From the NCBI GenBank assembly GCA_964016885.1, contig OZ024748.1, positions 55,118,001 to 55,182,000 on the forward strand: a stretch of 64,000 nt of DNA, given 5' to 3'. The DNA is from Eledone cirrhosa. Lineage: Eukaryota. Below are positions 13,521 to 31,429 of this stretch, in pieces. Numbering within the stretch: the first letter of the stretch is position 1; the number at the start of each line of letters is the position of its first letter. The notes beneath the pieces are model-generated. The model was not told where the DNA came from, did no database searches, and was given only the letters and a program-made list of their open reading frames with translations. The position numbers and the translations under genes were made by a program.

Positions 13521-13849
13521 TTAGCACCCCACTCCTCACTGATTGATCTCGATGTCACGTGATTGATTCTTTTGAAATTGCCACCGACCAAGTAGGCAGT
13601 GATTTTTTCAATGTCCTGGAATTTAGTCCTCGCATGCTTTTTTCCATCCACTGAAATATTTTTGTATAAGTTCCCTGTGTCCACGCATTGCCTGGGAACT
13701 TAGCTGAGAATAGACCTCCCTGATGACGAAAAGATTTTTCTCCATGTTGTTCCAATCGGAAACCATGTTTATTACCTTTCAGAAACTAATTAGTTGGAGT
13801 AAAATTTTAGTAAGTTAGGTTAATTTTTATAATTCTCTTATTTTACGTC

Positions 13850-17882
<4,033 letters not shown>

Positions 17883-18783
17883 CAACATACCAGTTAAATT
17901 TCTTTGAGAAAGACCGAAAGGCTAATTCGATCGGCTGAAGTTGCATTTGAATTCATAACATATATACAGAATACAAAAAGTTGTTTTTCATCATAGTATA
18001 TTGAGCACGACCATTTTTTCGCCATTTATTAAAGAGCAAAACAACTTTAGTCACAAAGTCAGCGAGGTACTGCAGTAAAATTGAAGCCTCTGCAGATACT
18101 TTTATTATTATCCTTACATTAACTAGACTTTCATGACGAATTACGCAATCGCGCAAATTTCATCATGGGACTCATATGTTCAACTAAGATTTTTTATTTC
18201 GTTTTTATTTTAAACAAATCATGAAGGGTCTAAGTAATAACTATCCACTTCTTGATTTCTGTCTGCTGTATTTAATACCAAAAGGGGCTATAAAGTCAAT
18301 ATATTTGAAAGATGAAACGGGTGAGAAGTCAAATATAATTTTTTATGATATATAATGAAAGAGGCCTTCCTTCAGCTGGTAGGAACTTTTCGCCCGAATG
18401 AAATGACATGGTATCTATCGTACGATATAGTGTTCACAACACAACTCTTTATAGACTATTTTGTATTGTCTATAGGTGCTTTTTTTTTTCAAAACACTAT
18501 CTAAACAGTATAAAATATTTCCCAAATGACTATGTTGCTCTGAAGTGTATTTACGCACGCGCGTGAGTATATCTAAACATGTATGTGTGGATTGATATCA
18601 TTAATAAGAAAACAAAACAAAAAAAAAACATTAACAGCATTCCTGGACATTATATATATATACATTATATATATATTATATATATATATATATATAAACA
18701 TATACATATATATACACATATATATATATATATATATATATACACACGTGTGTGTGTGTATATATATACATATACACAGATGA

Positions 18784-18868
<85 letters not shown>

Positions 18869-18902
18869 TGTGTGTGTGTATATATATATATATACACAGA
18901 TG

Positions 18903-18957
<55 letters not shown>

Positions 18958-19433
18958 GTGATAAACACTCGTAAGACAGTATTTGTGACTCAGTTCAGTT
19001 TCGATTATTCACTGCGATATCTATCATAACTCGATCTTCACAACTTTTCTCGTGAAAAAAGTTGTTTGTCATCTCACAGAAATATATTAATTATTATTGT
19101 TAGGGATTTTCTTTATCTTCTTCATATTTTTCATTTTCTTCCCTTTGTTGTTATTATTAATAAAACATCATTTACCAAACTTTCTCATGATCAAAATTGT
19201 TCCAGCATGGAACTTATATTTTTCAGGTATAACGTATTTAACACTATTCTATCTAATAATCCAGGGTTTTGAAGATACTGGGGGCATAAACTGTAAAAGG
19301 TTTGATTGCTATTGAAACACATAAATCCAATGATAATCCCTGTGTCTATCAAACTTATTGGAATATAAGACATTAAATTTAGAGAACCATTATGTTTGTC
19401 AATACTTTAATACACACACACACACACAAACAA

Positions 19434-19481
<48 letters not shown>

Positions 19482-19963
19482 TATATTCACAATAAGGTGA
19501 AATAAGCACAGATATATACATATATGCGTTCAAATGACATGGCACGTAAACTGCCAGAGTGAAGAAAATACTAACTAAAGATAATACGGTTCACAAGACT
19601 CAATTGAAAGGATAAATTAAGAGTTTAAAACCGCATATATATATATATACATATATATATAAAGTAAAGAAACGGAGTAAGGGACTCACGTATAACCCTG
19701 TAATTTAATGAGATCAACAGAAAAGGTTTTCCTGGGCACTTCAAAAAACAATATAGAGAGGAAAACACAGGAGAACGTGTTTTCATTTACAGGATTTATA
19801 AAACCACCAGCGTGAAGGAAATATAACCTAGGAGAGGTGAAGGAAATACATTATAATTAAAAGGATATATATATATGTAAAAGCTAAATAGAAATAACAA
19901 CACAATCGGTACAGTATATGGAAGGTATATATTAGGTTAACGCTTGATATAGCAAGAAGAGGG

Positions 19964-19998
19964 TCTTAACGTTTCGGACATTAGTCCTTCATCAGAGA
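19964..19998 (-). ncRNA. Minimal type I hammerhead ribozyme (PLE type)
   Basis: UCU-CUGAUGA-A-GGAC-UAAU-GUCC-GAAA-CGU-UA-AGA; palindromic AACGUU stem III. Confidence 0.75.
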
Positions 19999-20353
19999 GA
20001 AATAATGAGAAATAAAATAGATTGGCGGGATGGAATTGGAAAAAAATGTCTTTAGATAAAAATAACAGGTCCATTCATGTTGACATCTCTTGTATATATA
20101 GAATATGTAGTACGTAGCCGATCTCTCGGATTTTTAAGCGCTGAAAAAAATAGATTTAATGCAAAGGATGATGTATTCATCCACATATATATTATAAAAT
20201 TTGATGAAAACCCTTAAAATACGGGGAAAGAAGTTGCCACTATGTAGGCTTGAACTAGATAACCTAGGTGATATGGCACTCAATTCCTCATATCGGTCGA
20301 TGGTAACGTGTTATATATATACATATATATATACATATATTCAGTATCTTTTA

Positions 20354-20390
<37 letters not shown>

Positions 20391-20408
20391 TTCAGTATCT
20401 TTACCATT

Positions 20409-20440
<32 letters not shown>

Positions 20441-20456
20441 TTCAGTATCTTTTACC

Positions 20457-20493
<37 letters not shown>

Positions 20494-20789
20494 TTCAGTA
20501 ATCTTTTACCATTTATATATATATATTCATTTATATATATATATTCATATATTCAGTATCTTTTACCATTTATATATATATATTCATTTATATATATATA
20601 TATATTCATTTATATATATATTCATTTATATATATATTCATTTATATATATATATATATTCATTTATATATATATATATTCATTTATATATATATATTCA
20701 TTTATATATATATATATTCATTTATATATATATATATATTCATTTATATATATATATATATATATATTCATTTATATATATATATATTC

Positions 20790-20846
<57 letters not shown>

Positions 20847-20963
20847 TTTATATATATATATATATTCCGTTTCTGAATTTGTTTAGCAAGATTCTTTATC
20901 TGAAATCGTGTGTTGAAACCGATATTGTTATACTTTGGGAGGGTCATGTTGCCAATAAGAAAC

Positions 20964-21200
20964 ACACGGATAAATGAACACTGGCGAGACCTTCAAGATA
21001 GTAAAGAATCATCTGTACTCTACCAACATGCTTAAATAGAACACAAGGGTAAATTAGAGAACATAGAAATAAAAATAGAATCTACACATAGAAAAGACGC
21101 AATGTTTAGACAAATTACAGAGGCAATAAACATAAAAGAATTACAACCAAAATTAAATAGAAAATATGAGTGGAACAGCAACATCACAACTTACAATTAA
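20964..21200 (+). pseudogene. PLE GIY-YIG endonuclease C-terminal remnant
   Basis: Hand translation [77 protein letters not shown] matches the R..EH / H...H / R...EA..I....P.LN pattern; one internal stop; absent from the ORF track. Confidence 0.85.
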
Positions 21201-21296
21201 GGACAAAATGAAAACACACACACACATAGAACAAACAACCAACCAGTAACATGTAAATAAACAAATAAATAAATGAACATAAACACACACAGACAC

Positions 21297-21354
21297 CCGG
21301 ATGTGGCGCATGCGCAGACTGAGCACACAACACACACACAGAAACAAAATGGCG
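21297..21354 (+). promoter_or_regulatory. ETS, NRF1 and YY1 motif cluster in PLE pLTR
   Basis: CCGGATGT 21297, GCGCATGCGC 21306, CAAAATGGCG 21345, ~50-100 nt upstream of the hammerhead. Confidence 0.5.
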
Positions 21355-21400
21355 TAGGACAGAACAAAGGAGAGGCACAGAAACAAAGAAAGGAATCCCC

Positions 21401-21445
21401 AGTCACTGAAGAGTTCACAGAGTGTGTGACGAAAGAACTATGACT
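21401..21445 (+). ncRNA. Type I hammerhead ribozyme
   Basis: AGUCA-CUGAAGA-G-U-UCACA-GAGUG-UGUGA-C-GAAA-GAAC-UA-UGACU; perfect 5-bp stem I. Confidence 0.8.
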
Positions 21446-21649
21446 ATATATAAACAACTATCTGGTTGTGGAACCAACCAACCAGAAATTTATAAATTTA
21501 TAAATTTATTATAAATTTATTATAATAAATTGAAGTGAAAGCAACTGGTGCGTGTGTTTCTTATTGGCAACATGACCCTCCCAAAGTATAACAATATATA
21601 TATATTCATTTATATATATATATTCATTTATATATATATATATATATTC

Positions 21650-21686
<37 letters not shown>

Positions 21687-21730
21687 GACGTGCAATTAAG
21701 AAGTAGATAGATACTTCTAAACAATGTGAA

Positions 21731-23677
21731 AGCCTGGGCTGTATCTGGCATTGAAATAGCCAGCCCTGTCACATATTGTACCTCTCATATTTAGCCTAAA
21801 GGTTATAAAACCCATAGCCTGGGCTGTATCTGGCATTGAAATAGCCAGCCCTGTCACATATTGTACCTCTCATATTTAGCCTAAAGGTTATAAAACCCAT
21901 AGCCTGGGCTGTATCTGGCATTGAAATAGCCAGCCCTGTCACATATTGTACCTCTCATATTTAGCCTAAAGGTTATAAAACCCATAGCCTGGGCTGTATC
22001 TGGCAATGAAATAGCCAGCCCTGTCACATATTGTACCTCTCATATTTAGCCTAAAGGTTATAAAACCCATAGCCTGGGCTGTATCTGGCATTGAAATAGC
22101 CAGCCCTGTCACATATTGTACCTCTCATATTTAGCCTAAAGGTTATAAAACCCATAGCCTGGGCTGTATCTGGCATTGAAATAGCCAGCCCTGTCACATA
22201 TTGTACCTCTCATATTTAGCCTAAAGGTTATAAAACCCATAGCCTGGGCTGTATCTGGCAATGAAATAGCCAGCCCTGTCACATATTGTACCTCTCATAT
22301 TTAGCCTAAAGGTTATAAAACCCATAGCCTGGGCTGTATCTGGCATTGAAATAGCCAGCCCTGTCACATATTGTACCTCTCATATTTAGCCTAAAGGTTA
22401 TAAAACCCATAGCCTGGGCTGTATCTGGCAATGAAATAGCCAGCCCTGTCACATATTGTACCTCTCATATTTAGCCTAAAGGTTATAAAACCCATAGCCT
22501 GGGCTGTATCTGGCATTGAAATAGCCAGCCCTGTCACATATTGTACCTCTCATATTTAGCCTAAAGGTTATAAAACCCATAGCCTGGGCTGTATCTGGCA
22601 TTGAAATAGCCAGCCCTGTCACATGTACCTCTCATATTTAGCCTAAAGGTTATAAAACCCATAGCCTGGGCTGTATCTGGCAATGAAATAGCCAGCCCTG
22701 TCACATATTGTACCTCTCATATTTAGCCTAAAGGTTATAAAACCCATAGCCTGGGCTGTATCTGGCATTGAAATAGCCAGCCCTGTCACATATTGTACCT
22801 CTCATATTTAGCCTAAAGGTTATAAAACCCATAGCCTGGGCTGTATCTGGCATTGAAATAGCCAGCCCTGTCACATATTGTACCTCTCATATTTAGCCTA
22901 AAGGTTATAAAACCCATAGCCTGGGCTGTATCTGGCATTGAAATAGCCAGCCCTGTCACATATTGTACCTCTCATATTTAGCCTAAAGGTTATAAAACCC
23001 ATAGCCTGGGCTGTATCTGGCAATGAAATAGCCAGCCCTGTCACATATTGTACCTCTCATATTTAGCCTAAAGGTTATAAAACCCATAGCCTGGGCTGTA
23101 TCTGGCATTGAAATAGCCAGCCCTGTCACATATTGTACCTCTCATATTTAGCCTAAAGGTTATAAAACCCATAGCCTGGGCTGTATCTGGCAATGAAATA
23201 GCCAGCCCTGTCACATATTGTACCTCTCATATTTAGCCTAAAGGTTATAAAACCCATAGCCTGGGCTGTATCTGGCATTGAAATAGCCAGCCCTGTCACA
23301 TATTGTACCTCTCATATTTAGCCTAAAGGTTATAAAACCCATAGCCTGGGCTGTATCTGGCATTGAAATAGCCAGCCCTGTCACATATTGTACCTCTCAT
23401 ATTTAGCCTAAAGGTTATAAAAACCCATAGCCTGGGCTGTATCTGGCAATGAAATAGCCAGCCCTGTCACATATTGTACCTCTCATATTTAGCCTAAAGG
23501 TTATAAAACCCATAGCCTGGGCTGTATCTGGCAATGAAATAGCCAGCCCTGTCACATATTGTACCTCTCATATTTAGCCTAAAGGTTATAAAAACCCATA
23601 GCCTGGGCTGTATCTGGCAATGAAATAGCCAGCCCTGTCACATATTGTACCTCTCATATTTAGCCTAAATGTTATAA
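21731..23677. repeat. 85-bp tandem satellite, ~23 copies
   Basis: Unit AGCCTGGGCTGTATCTGGCA(T/A)TGAAATAGCCAGCCCTGTCACATATTGTACCTCTCATATTTAGCCTAAAGGTTATAAAACCCAT; starts at 21731, 21816, 21901... Confidence 0.97.
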
Positions 23678-23886
23678 TCATAATATTAGTGATTGTGTTA
23701 TAATTTCTTATTTACATGCTAATTTATTGTCTAGATAATTCAATTAATAGAACAGTTGGAAAATCTTCGTAAAAATCGACAAAATTCCATTTACTTACAT
23801 GGAAAATATATGCATACATATGGTCATATATATTTATGTATGCATATCCATATATAAGCCTAACACTAACCCCACTTATGTTATGG

Positions 23887-24342
23887 GTGTTAGTATTGTC
23901 ATTGTGGTATGTGTGTGTTGTGGTGTTAGTATTGTCATTGGTGGTATGTGTGTGTTGTGGTGTTAGTATTGTCATTGGTGGTATGTGTGTGTTGTGGTGT
24001 TAGTATTGTCATTGTGGTATGTGTGTGTTGTGGTGTTAGTATTGTCATTGTGGTATGTGTGTGTTGTCGTGTTAGTATTGTCATTGTGGTATGTGTGTGT
24101 TGTGGTGTTAGTATTGTCATTGTGGTATGTGTGTGTTGTGGTGTTAGTATTGTCATTGGTGGTATGTGTGTGTTGTGGTGTTAGTATTGTCATTGTGGTA
24201 TGTGTGTGTTGTGGTGTTAGTATTGTCATTGGTGGTATGTGTGTGTTGTGGTGTTAGTATTGTCATTGTGGTATGTGTGTGTTGTGGTGTTAGTATTGTC
24301 ATTGTGGTATGTGTGTGTTGTGGTGTTAGTATTGTCATTGGT

Positions 24343-24345
<3 letters not shown>
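23887..24345. repeat. 36/37-bp minisatellite, ~12 copies, with ~3 inverted copies at 24570-24700
   Basis: Unit TTAGTATTGTCATTG(G)TGGTATGTGTGTGTTGTGGTG. Confidence 0.92.
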
Positions 24346-24388
<43 letters not shown>

Positions 24389-24397
24389 TGCACACAC

Positions 24398-24439
<42 letters not shown>

Positions 24440-24756
24440 TCATTTCCAAATGAGAAGGGCAATCTACAACACAACAATGTACGTATGTAAAACCAAATCT
24501 AGTCAAGATTACCCCCCCCCCCCCCACACACACACCAGAGAAACACTCCGCCTGTCCATTAGCCGTACCACAACATACACACACATACCACCAATGACAA
24601 TACTAACACCACAACATACACATACCACCAATGACAATACTAACACCACAACACACACATACCACCAATGACAATACTAACACCACAACATACACACACC
24701 AACAACACCACCACCACAACATACCAACACCAACACCACCAACACTGCAACAATAA

Positions 24757-24974
24757 TGATGTCTTATATAGGCCCAAGGCCAGAAATTTTGGGGGAGGGG
24801 AAAGTCGATTAAATCGCCCTCAGTATATTACTGGTACTTTATTTTATCGACCCCGTAAGGATGAAAGGCAAAGTTAACCTCGGCGGGATTTGAACTCAGA
24901 TCATAAAGAGGCGTAACTCCATGCTGCAAAGCATGGCGTCCGACTCTCTACCGATACTGCCAATTCACCGCCCT
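24757..24974 (-). mobile_element. SINE family A, full length
   Basis: Reverse complement of head, B box, core and tail. Confidence 0.85.
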
Positions 24975-26673
24975 ACACTTCAACAATAATAACCGCCATA
25001 ACATACATATACCACCCCCTCCACAACTACAACAACATACTACCACCACCACAACAACCACCACAACAACAACTACCACATCACACAAACCAACCCCACT
25101 AATATTACAACAACAATAACATATACCACTACCACCACGAACACTACAACAACCCCGACAACAACCACAACAAACACACATATTACCACCACAACAACAC
25201 CAACCACAGCACACAAACCAACACCACTAACATCACAACAAGAAGACTAACATTACAACAACCACAACAAACACAAATACCACCACCACCACCACAACAA
25301 CACCAACCACAGCACACAAACCAACACCACTAACATCACAAGAAGAAGACTAACATTTCAACAACCACAACAACTTCCACAACACATTCACGCAACATCA
25401 CCACCGCTATCACTACCAACACCACCACCACCAATACCTCACAACTACTACCATCATCAGCATCATCATCAACATAAACGTTGTATTTGTGTGTCTGTAT
25501 TTTCCTCCCTGATGAGTTCTTAATTGGATTAAATAGAACAATTGAATGACAAATAGCAGAGACGGCGACCTTAAATAAAAACGTTTCCTTTCTCTCGCTT
25601 TCTCTAATTTCATTTTTCTGACTTTTGTCTCTCTTATTTTATTATATTTATTTTACTATTATTTTATTTTAATTTGGATTTATTTTTATTTTATTTTTAA
25701 TTTCGAGTGTTTTCGTGATTTTCATTTTTCGTTTTTTGGCCTTATTATTTTCAGTGTTATTTTATAATCATACTTATTTATTTTTATATTAATTTTTGTA
25801 ATTTTTTTTTCTGTGTATATTCCTCGTTGATTTATTTATTTATTATTATTATTATTATTGTTGTTGTTTTCGTTTATTTAATTTTCTTTTTCTTATTTTT
25901 CACTATTTAGTAGGTTAATGATTCAAAAATTACAGGGCTGAACTTTAGAATTAATGCAGATTTAAATGGGTGAAAGTTTGAATTAGAAATTAGAACTTTT
26001 AAACAGCAGAAACAACAATAACAGCAATAACAACAACGAAGCATCAAAAACCATAATGAGTTGTAGATACATTAGTATTATCATAATAATAATGATTGTC
26101 ATCATTACCATCAACGTGAATGCCGCCATGAGAGTCATCTCATGACTCTATTCAGCAACATCACCTTCATCATCATCATCATCATCATCATCACCAACGT
26201 TACCATGACCCTCACCGCTGTCACCATCAACATCATAATCATGTACATCATCGCCATCATCACTAACGTTAACAAATCCCGACCGCTATCACCATCAACA
26301 TCAAAATCAACACCATCATCATCAACATCATCACCATCATCACTAACGTTAGTATGATCCCCACTGCTATCACCACTACCACCATCATCATCATCACTAA
26401 CGTTAACAATCCCCACCGCTGTCACCATCAACATCATAATCATCACCGCCATCATCATCATCATCATCACTAACGTTAGCATAATCTCCACCGCTATCAT
26501 CATCAACAATGACAAAAACAAAAACAAAACAACAACAACTACAACAAGAAGGTCAACACCAAATGAAGTAAAACAACAAACGAATAGCAAATTTTTAAAC
26601 AGCAACAACAACAGCAACAAAAATACAACAAAAGAATTAGCGAGTTGTGGATACGTTAGCATTATTATAATCT

Positions 26674-27260
26674 TCGGTGGATTGGCAGTATAGGTAGAGA
26701 GTCGGACGCCATGCTTTTCAACATAGTTACGTCCCTTTACGATCTGAGTTCAAATCCCGCCGAGGTTAACTTTGCCTTTCATCCTTACGGGGTCGATAAA
26801 ATAAAGTACCAGTAATGTACTGGGTATTTGCTGGCCATGTGCCAAATGTAGAAACAATTATTATAATCTTCGTCAGGATGGTGCTGAATTGTCAGAATCG
26901 GTAGATCGACAGAAATACTGTTTTGCGGCAAGAGCTACGTCCCTTTAATCTTTGAGTTCAAATCCCGCCGAGGTTATCTTTGCTTTTCATTCTTACGGGG
27001 ACTATACGATAAAGCACCAGTAATGCACTGGGGTCGATTTAATCAATTTTCCCGTCACCCGAAAATTGTTGGTTTTGTGCCTAAAATCAGAAACGATTAT
27101 TATAATCTTCACCTGAGAACGTTATTCAAATAGTTATCAATATTTATTTCAACCGAGGTTAACTTTGCCTTTCATCCTTACGGGGTCGATAAAATAAAGT
27201 ACCAGTAATGCACTACGTAATTGCTGGCCTTGTGCCAAAAAGTAGAAACAATTATTATAA
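26674..27260 (+). mobile_element. Tandem cluster of three family A SINEs
   Basis: Copies at ~26674-26862, ~26875-27101 and ~27154-27256 (5'-truncated), separated by the repeated sequence ATTATTATAATCTTC. Confidence 0.85.
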
Positions 27261-27839
27261 TCTTCAACTGAGAACGTTATTCAAATAGTTATCAATATTT
27301 ATTTCAACTCTTACGTTATGAGTTCAAACATTGCTAAAGGAATTTTACTTTTTCATTCTGTCCGCTGGGACCACGAAGCGGATTAACACTTAAATGAGAG
27401 TGAAATTATCTATACACGGACGGTCAAATAATAGTAAATGAGCCAAACGTTAAAGTGGTCTTTTGTTCTTTCTCTACCACAGTCCCCTCATGTTATTGTT
27501 ACAGCCCACGCTTATTCATTGGACCAAATAAAGTACCAGTTAAGTACTGGGGTTGAAACTTTATATTGCTAAACTTGTGCTAAAATTAGAAATCATTATC
27601 ATCATTGACGTCATTGTTGTTGTAGGGAGTGAGTAAAAAAGATAAGGTTGCTGCTATTTCTAGAAGACTATGCGACCATGTAAAGGTTCCTTGGTTGGCA
27701 CCTAAGTAGAGCAAACTGTTGTTGTTTAAACCAAGATTAACCGATTGAGAAGGAAAGTGTTCAAGCTACGAACATCATTAGTTTTAACAAGAACTACATC
27801 GTACAATATGTCCCTCGCTTTTTGTGTAAGGTGCTAAAG

Positions 27840-28107
27840 CAGAGATTTTCAAACTTTTGCGGCCACCGTCCCCAACCATGTTTCCAGAGAGACCTGCCTA
27901 CACGTAAATTTTAAATAATACGAGTATATAATAAATTAGATTGTTAAATTATATATAATAAATAATATATATACTATGTATAAATAAATATATATTTTTT
28001 ATTTGATATTCAATATACTATTATATAATCTTTACCGCCACCCTAGACCTTCTCAACGCCCTCAGGGTGCGGGTGGGGGTTGGTAGCGCCCACTTTGAGA
28101 ACCTCTG
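27840..28107. mobile_element. hAT (Charlie-like) MITE
   Basis: TIRs CAGAGATTTTCAAA / TTTGAGAACCTCTG; perfect 8-bp TSD TGCTAAAG at 27832-27839 and 28108-28115. Confidence 0.9.
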
Positions 28108-28372
28108 TGCTAAAGCGTGGTTTAAGGGAAATTTCACTGATATTTCTACAAGATTGTGCATCCACATAAAGGTTCCTTCATTACCTTGTTAGCAACGTAA
28201 TTTAAAACAGCTAGCGCAAAATTGAAACCGCGTTCCTGTACCATTTGTGTTGAAAGGTGGTTATCACTAACTACATACATACTTATTAAAGACTCTTCTG
28301 TCTGCTTACTCTATCTATCTATCTATCTATATGTCTGTCTCTGTCATTACACATCCACTCCCACCCCCACGC

Positions 28373-28495
28373 CCCAAATATTGGAATGCCCTTTCAGTTG
28401 ATTTCCGACTGTCTAGGTCCATTAATGTATTTAAATGCCGCACCAAACATTTGTTTATTCAACGACATCTACTGTCTGATGTAGCAACTCTGTAA
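28373..28495 (+). pseudogene. CR1/L2-clade LINE ORF2 C-terminal fragment
   Basis: PKYWNALSVDFRLSRSINVFKCRTKHLF resembles WN.LP..IR.S.S...FK..LK..LF. Confidence 0.6.
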
Positions 28496-28835
28496 TACAA
28501 GTCACCAAGCTAAATATATATGTAGATATACATATATAATATACACACATACATACATAATATATATGTAATATATATATATATATATATATATACACAT
28601 TACATATATATTAGCTATATATATATGTATGTGTGTATATTATATAACTATATCTAAATATATATATATATATATAATAAATATATATAATATACATATC
28701 ATATATAATATACATATATATAATATACAGATATATATAATACGTATATATAATATGCATATTTATATAATACATATATATAATATGCATATAACATATA
28801 TATATATACACACATATATATATATATATACATTT

Positions 28836-28867
<32 letters not shown>

Positions 28868-28944
28868 CATAATATATATAATACATATATATAATATGCA
28901 TATAACATATATATATATACACACATATATATATATATACATTT

Positions 28945-28978
<34 letters not shown>

Positions 28979-29046
28979 CATAATATATATATATTATCCT
29001 TATCGAGCCTTCTTCGGATTTTAGTCTTCACGTTTATTATTATTAT

Positions 29047-29408
29047 CCCGCCGAGGTTGACTTAGCATTTCATCCTTACGGGGTCGATAAAATAAAGTAC
29101 CAGTAATGCACTGGGTAATTGCTAGCCTTGTGCCTAAAGTAGAAACAATTATTAATATACATATATATAATATATATATATATATATTTATTATATTTAT
29201 TATATTTATTATATATGGCGGTGGATTGGCAGTATCGGTAGAGGGTCGGACGCCATGCTTTGACGTATAGAGTTACGGCCCTTGCCATTCTGAGTTCAAA
29301 TCCAGCCGAGGTTAACTTTGCCTTTCATCCTTACGGGGTCGATAAAATAAAGTACCAGTAATGCACTGGGTTATTACTGGCCTTGTGCCAAAAGTAGAAA
29401 CAATTATA
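29047..29408 (+). mobile_element. Two family A SINEs (truncated 29047-29153; full 29217-29408)
   Basis: Core and tail in both; A and B boxes in the second. Confidence 0.85.
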
Positions 29409-29593
29409 TTTATTATATATATATATATATATTATATATATATATTATATTTATTATATATATATATTATATTTATTATATATATATATATATATATTAT
29501 ATTTATTATATATATATATATATATATTATATTTATTATATATATATATATATATATAATATTTATTATATATATATATATATATATTATGTT

Positions 29594-29632
<39 letters not shown>

Positions 29633-29633
29633 T

Positions 29634-29672
<39 letters not shown>

Positions 29673-29676
29673 TTAT

Positions 29677-29741
<65 letters not shown>

Positions 29742-29809
29742 TATAGATATATATTATATTTATTATATATATATATATAGATATATATTATATTTATTAT
29801 ATATATATA

Positions 29810-29870
<61 letters not shown>

Positions 29871-30238
29871 TATATATATTATATATATTATATATATATA
29901 TATATAGATATATATATTATATTTATATATATAGAGAGAGATATATATATTATATTTATTATATATATATATATAGATATATATATATTATATTTATTAT
30001 ATATATATATATAGATATATATATATTATATTTATTATATATATATATATATATATAGATATATATATATTATATTTATTATATATATATATATATATAG
30101 ATATATATATATTATATTTATTATATATATATATATATATATAGATATATATATATTATATTTATTATATATATATATATATATAGATATATATATATTA
30201 TATTTATTATATATATATAGAGATATATATATTATATT

Positions 30239-30273
<35 letters not shown>

Positions 30274-30595
30274 TATATATATTATATTTATTATATATAT
30301 ATAACTATATATATATATATAGAGATATATATTATATTTATTATATATATATAACTATATATATAAATTTATCATATATACATATATATATATTTATTAT
30401 ATAGATATATATATATATTTATTATATATATATATATATATATATTTATTATATATATATATATATATATTTATTATATATATATATATATATATATATT
30501 TATTATATATATATATATATATTTATTATATATATATATATATATATTTATTATATATATATATATATATATTTATTATATATATATATATTTAT

Positions 30596-30627
<32 letters not shown>

Positions 30628-30634
30628 TATATAT

Positions 30635-30667
<33 letters not shown>

Positions 30668-30754
30668 TTACTATATATATATATATATATTTATTATATA
30701 TATATATAATAAATATATATATATATATATATATAATTATTATATATATATATT

Positions 30755-30794
<40 letters not shown>

Positions 30795-30848
30795 ATTATA
30801 TATCTCTATATATATATATTTATTATATATATATATATAAATATTTAT

Positions 30849-30879
<31 letters not shown>

Positions 30880-30988
30880 TATATATATATATTTATTATA
30901 TATATATATTTATTATATATATATATATATTTATTATATATATATATATTTATTATATATATATATATATTTATTATATATATATATA
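29409..30988. repeat. Interrupted (TA)n array continuing from the SINE ATTAT tail
   Basis: Units of TTATATTTATTA(TA)n with GA interruptions. Confidence 0.92.
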
Positions 30989-31353
30989 CACACATAAGCC
31001 CCCCTCCCCACTCGATATCATGAATGACTATGGGATTTGCAGCTAGAATGTCCCCCTCCGAGGCACAAGTCCGGGTAATATTGTTTGTGGTAGACCATAC
31101 CAAGCTATTCTTTAATTAACTATTTAATTATTCGATTAATTCATTCTGCTCTCAACGAATTCATCATTAAGTTGGTGCATATAGTTGAATTGAAAACTGG
31201 ACGGTTAAAGAAGGCGAAGTTATCTGCTGTTATGTCATTTGTCATTGAACTATCTTCTGGTTTTTGCATATGTTCTTATAGAGGACCTCGGAGACAACGA
31301 CTTTTAATGATAGATAGATAGATAGAGATAGAGAGGGACGGACAGACACAGAC

Positions 31354-31429
<76 letters not shown>

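Larger units (their letters stand above)
20866..21597 (+). mobile_element. 5'-truncated Penelope-like element with inverted pLTR segment
   Basis: ~46-bp inverted repeat 20923-20968 / 21551-21595; endonuclease remnant and hammerhead inside; inserted in a (TA)nTTCATT array that continues on both sides. Confidence 0.88.

Noticed and set aside
13715-13745. CTGATGACGAAA
   Set aside because: No stem II and no stem I pairing
21731-23677. CRISPR-like array
   Set aside because: Units are identical end to end with no unique spacers; eukaryotic context; no cas genes
25503-25545. CTGATGA followed by the GTTCT/AGAAC stem
   Set aside because: No GAAA, stem III or stem I partner
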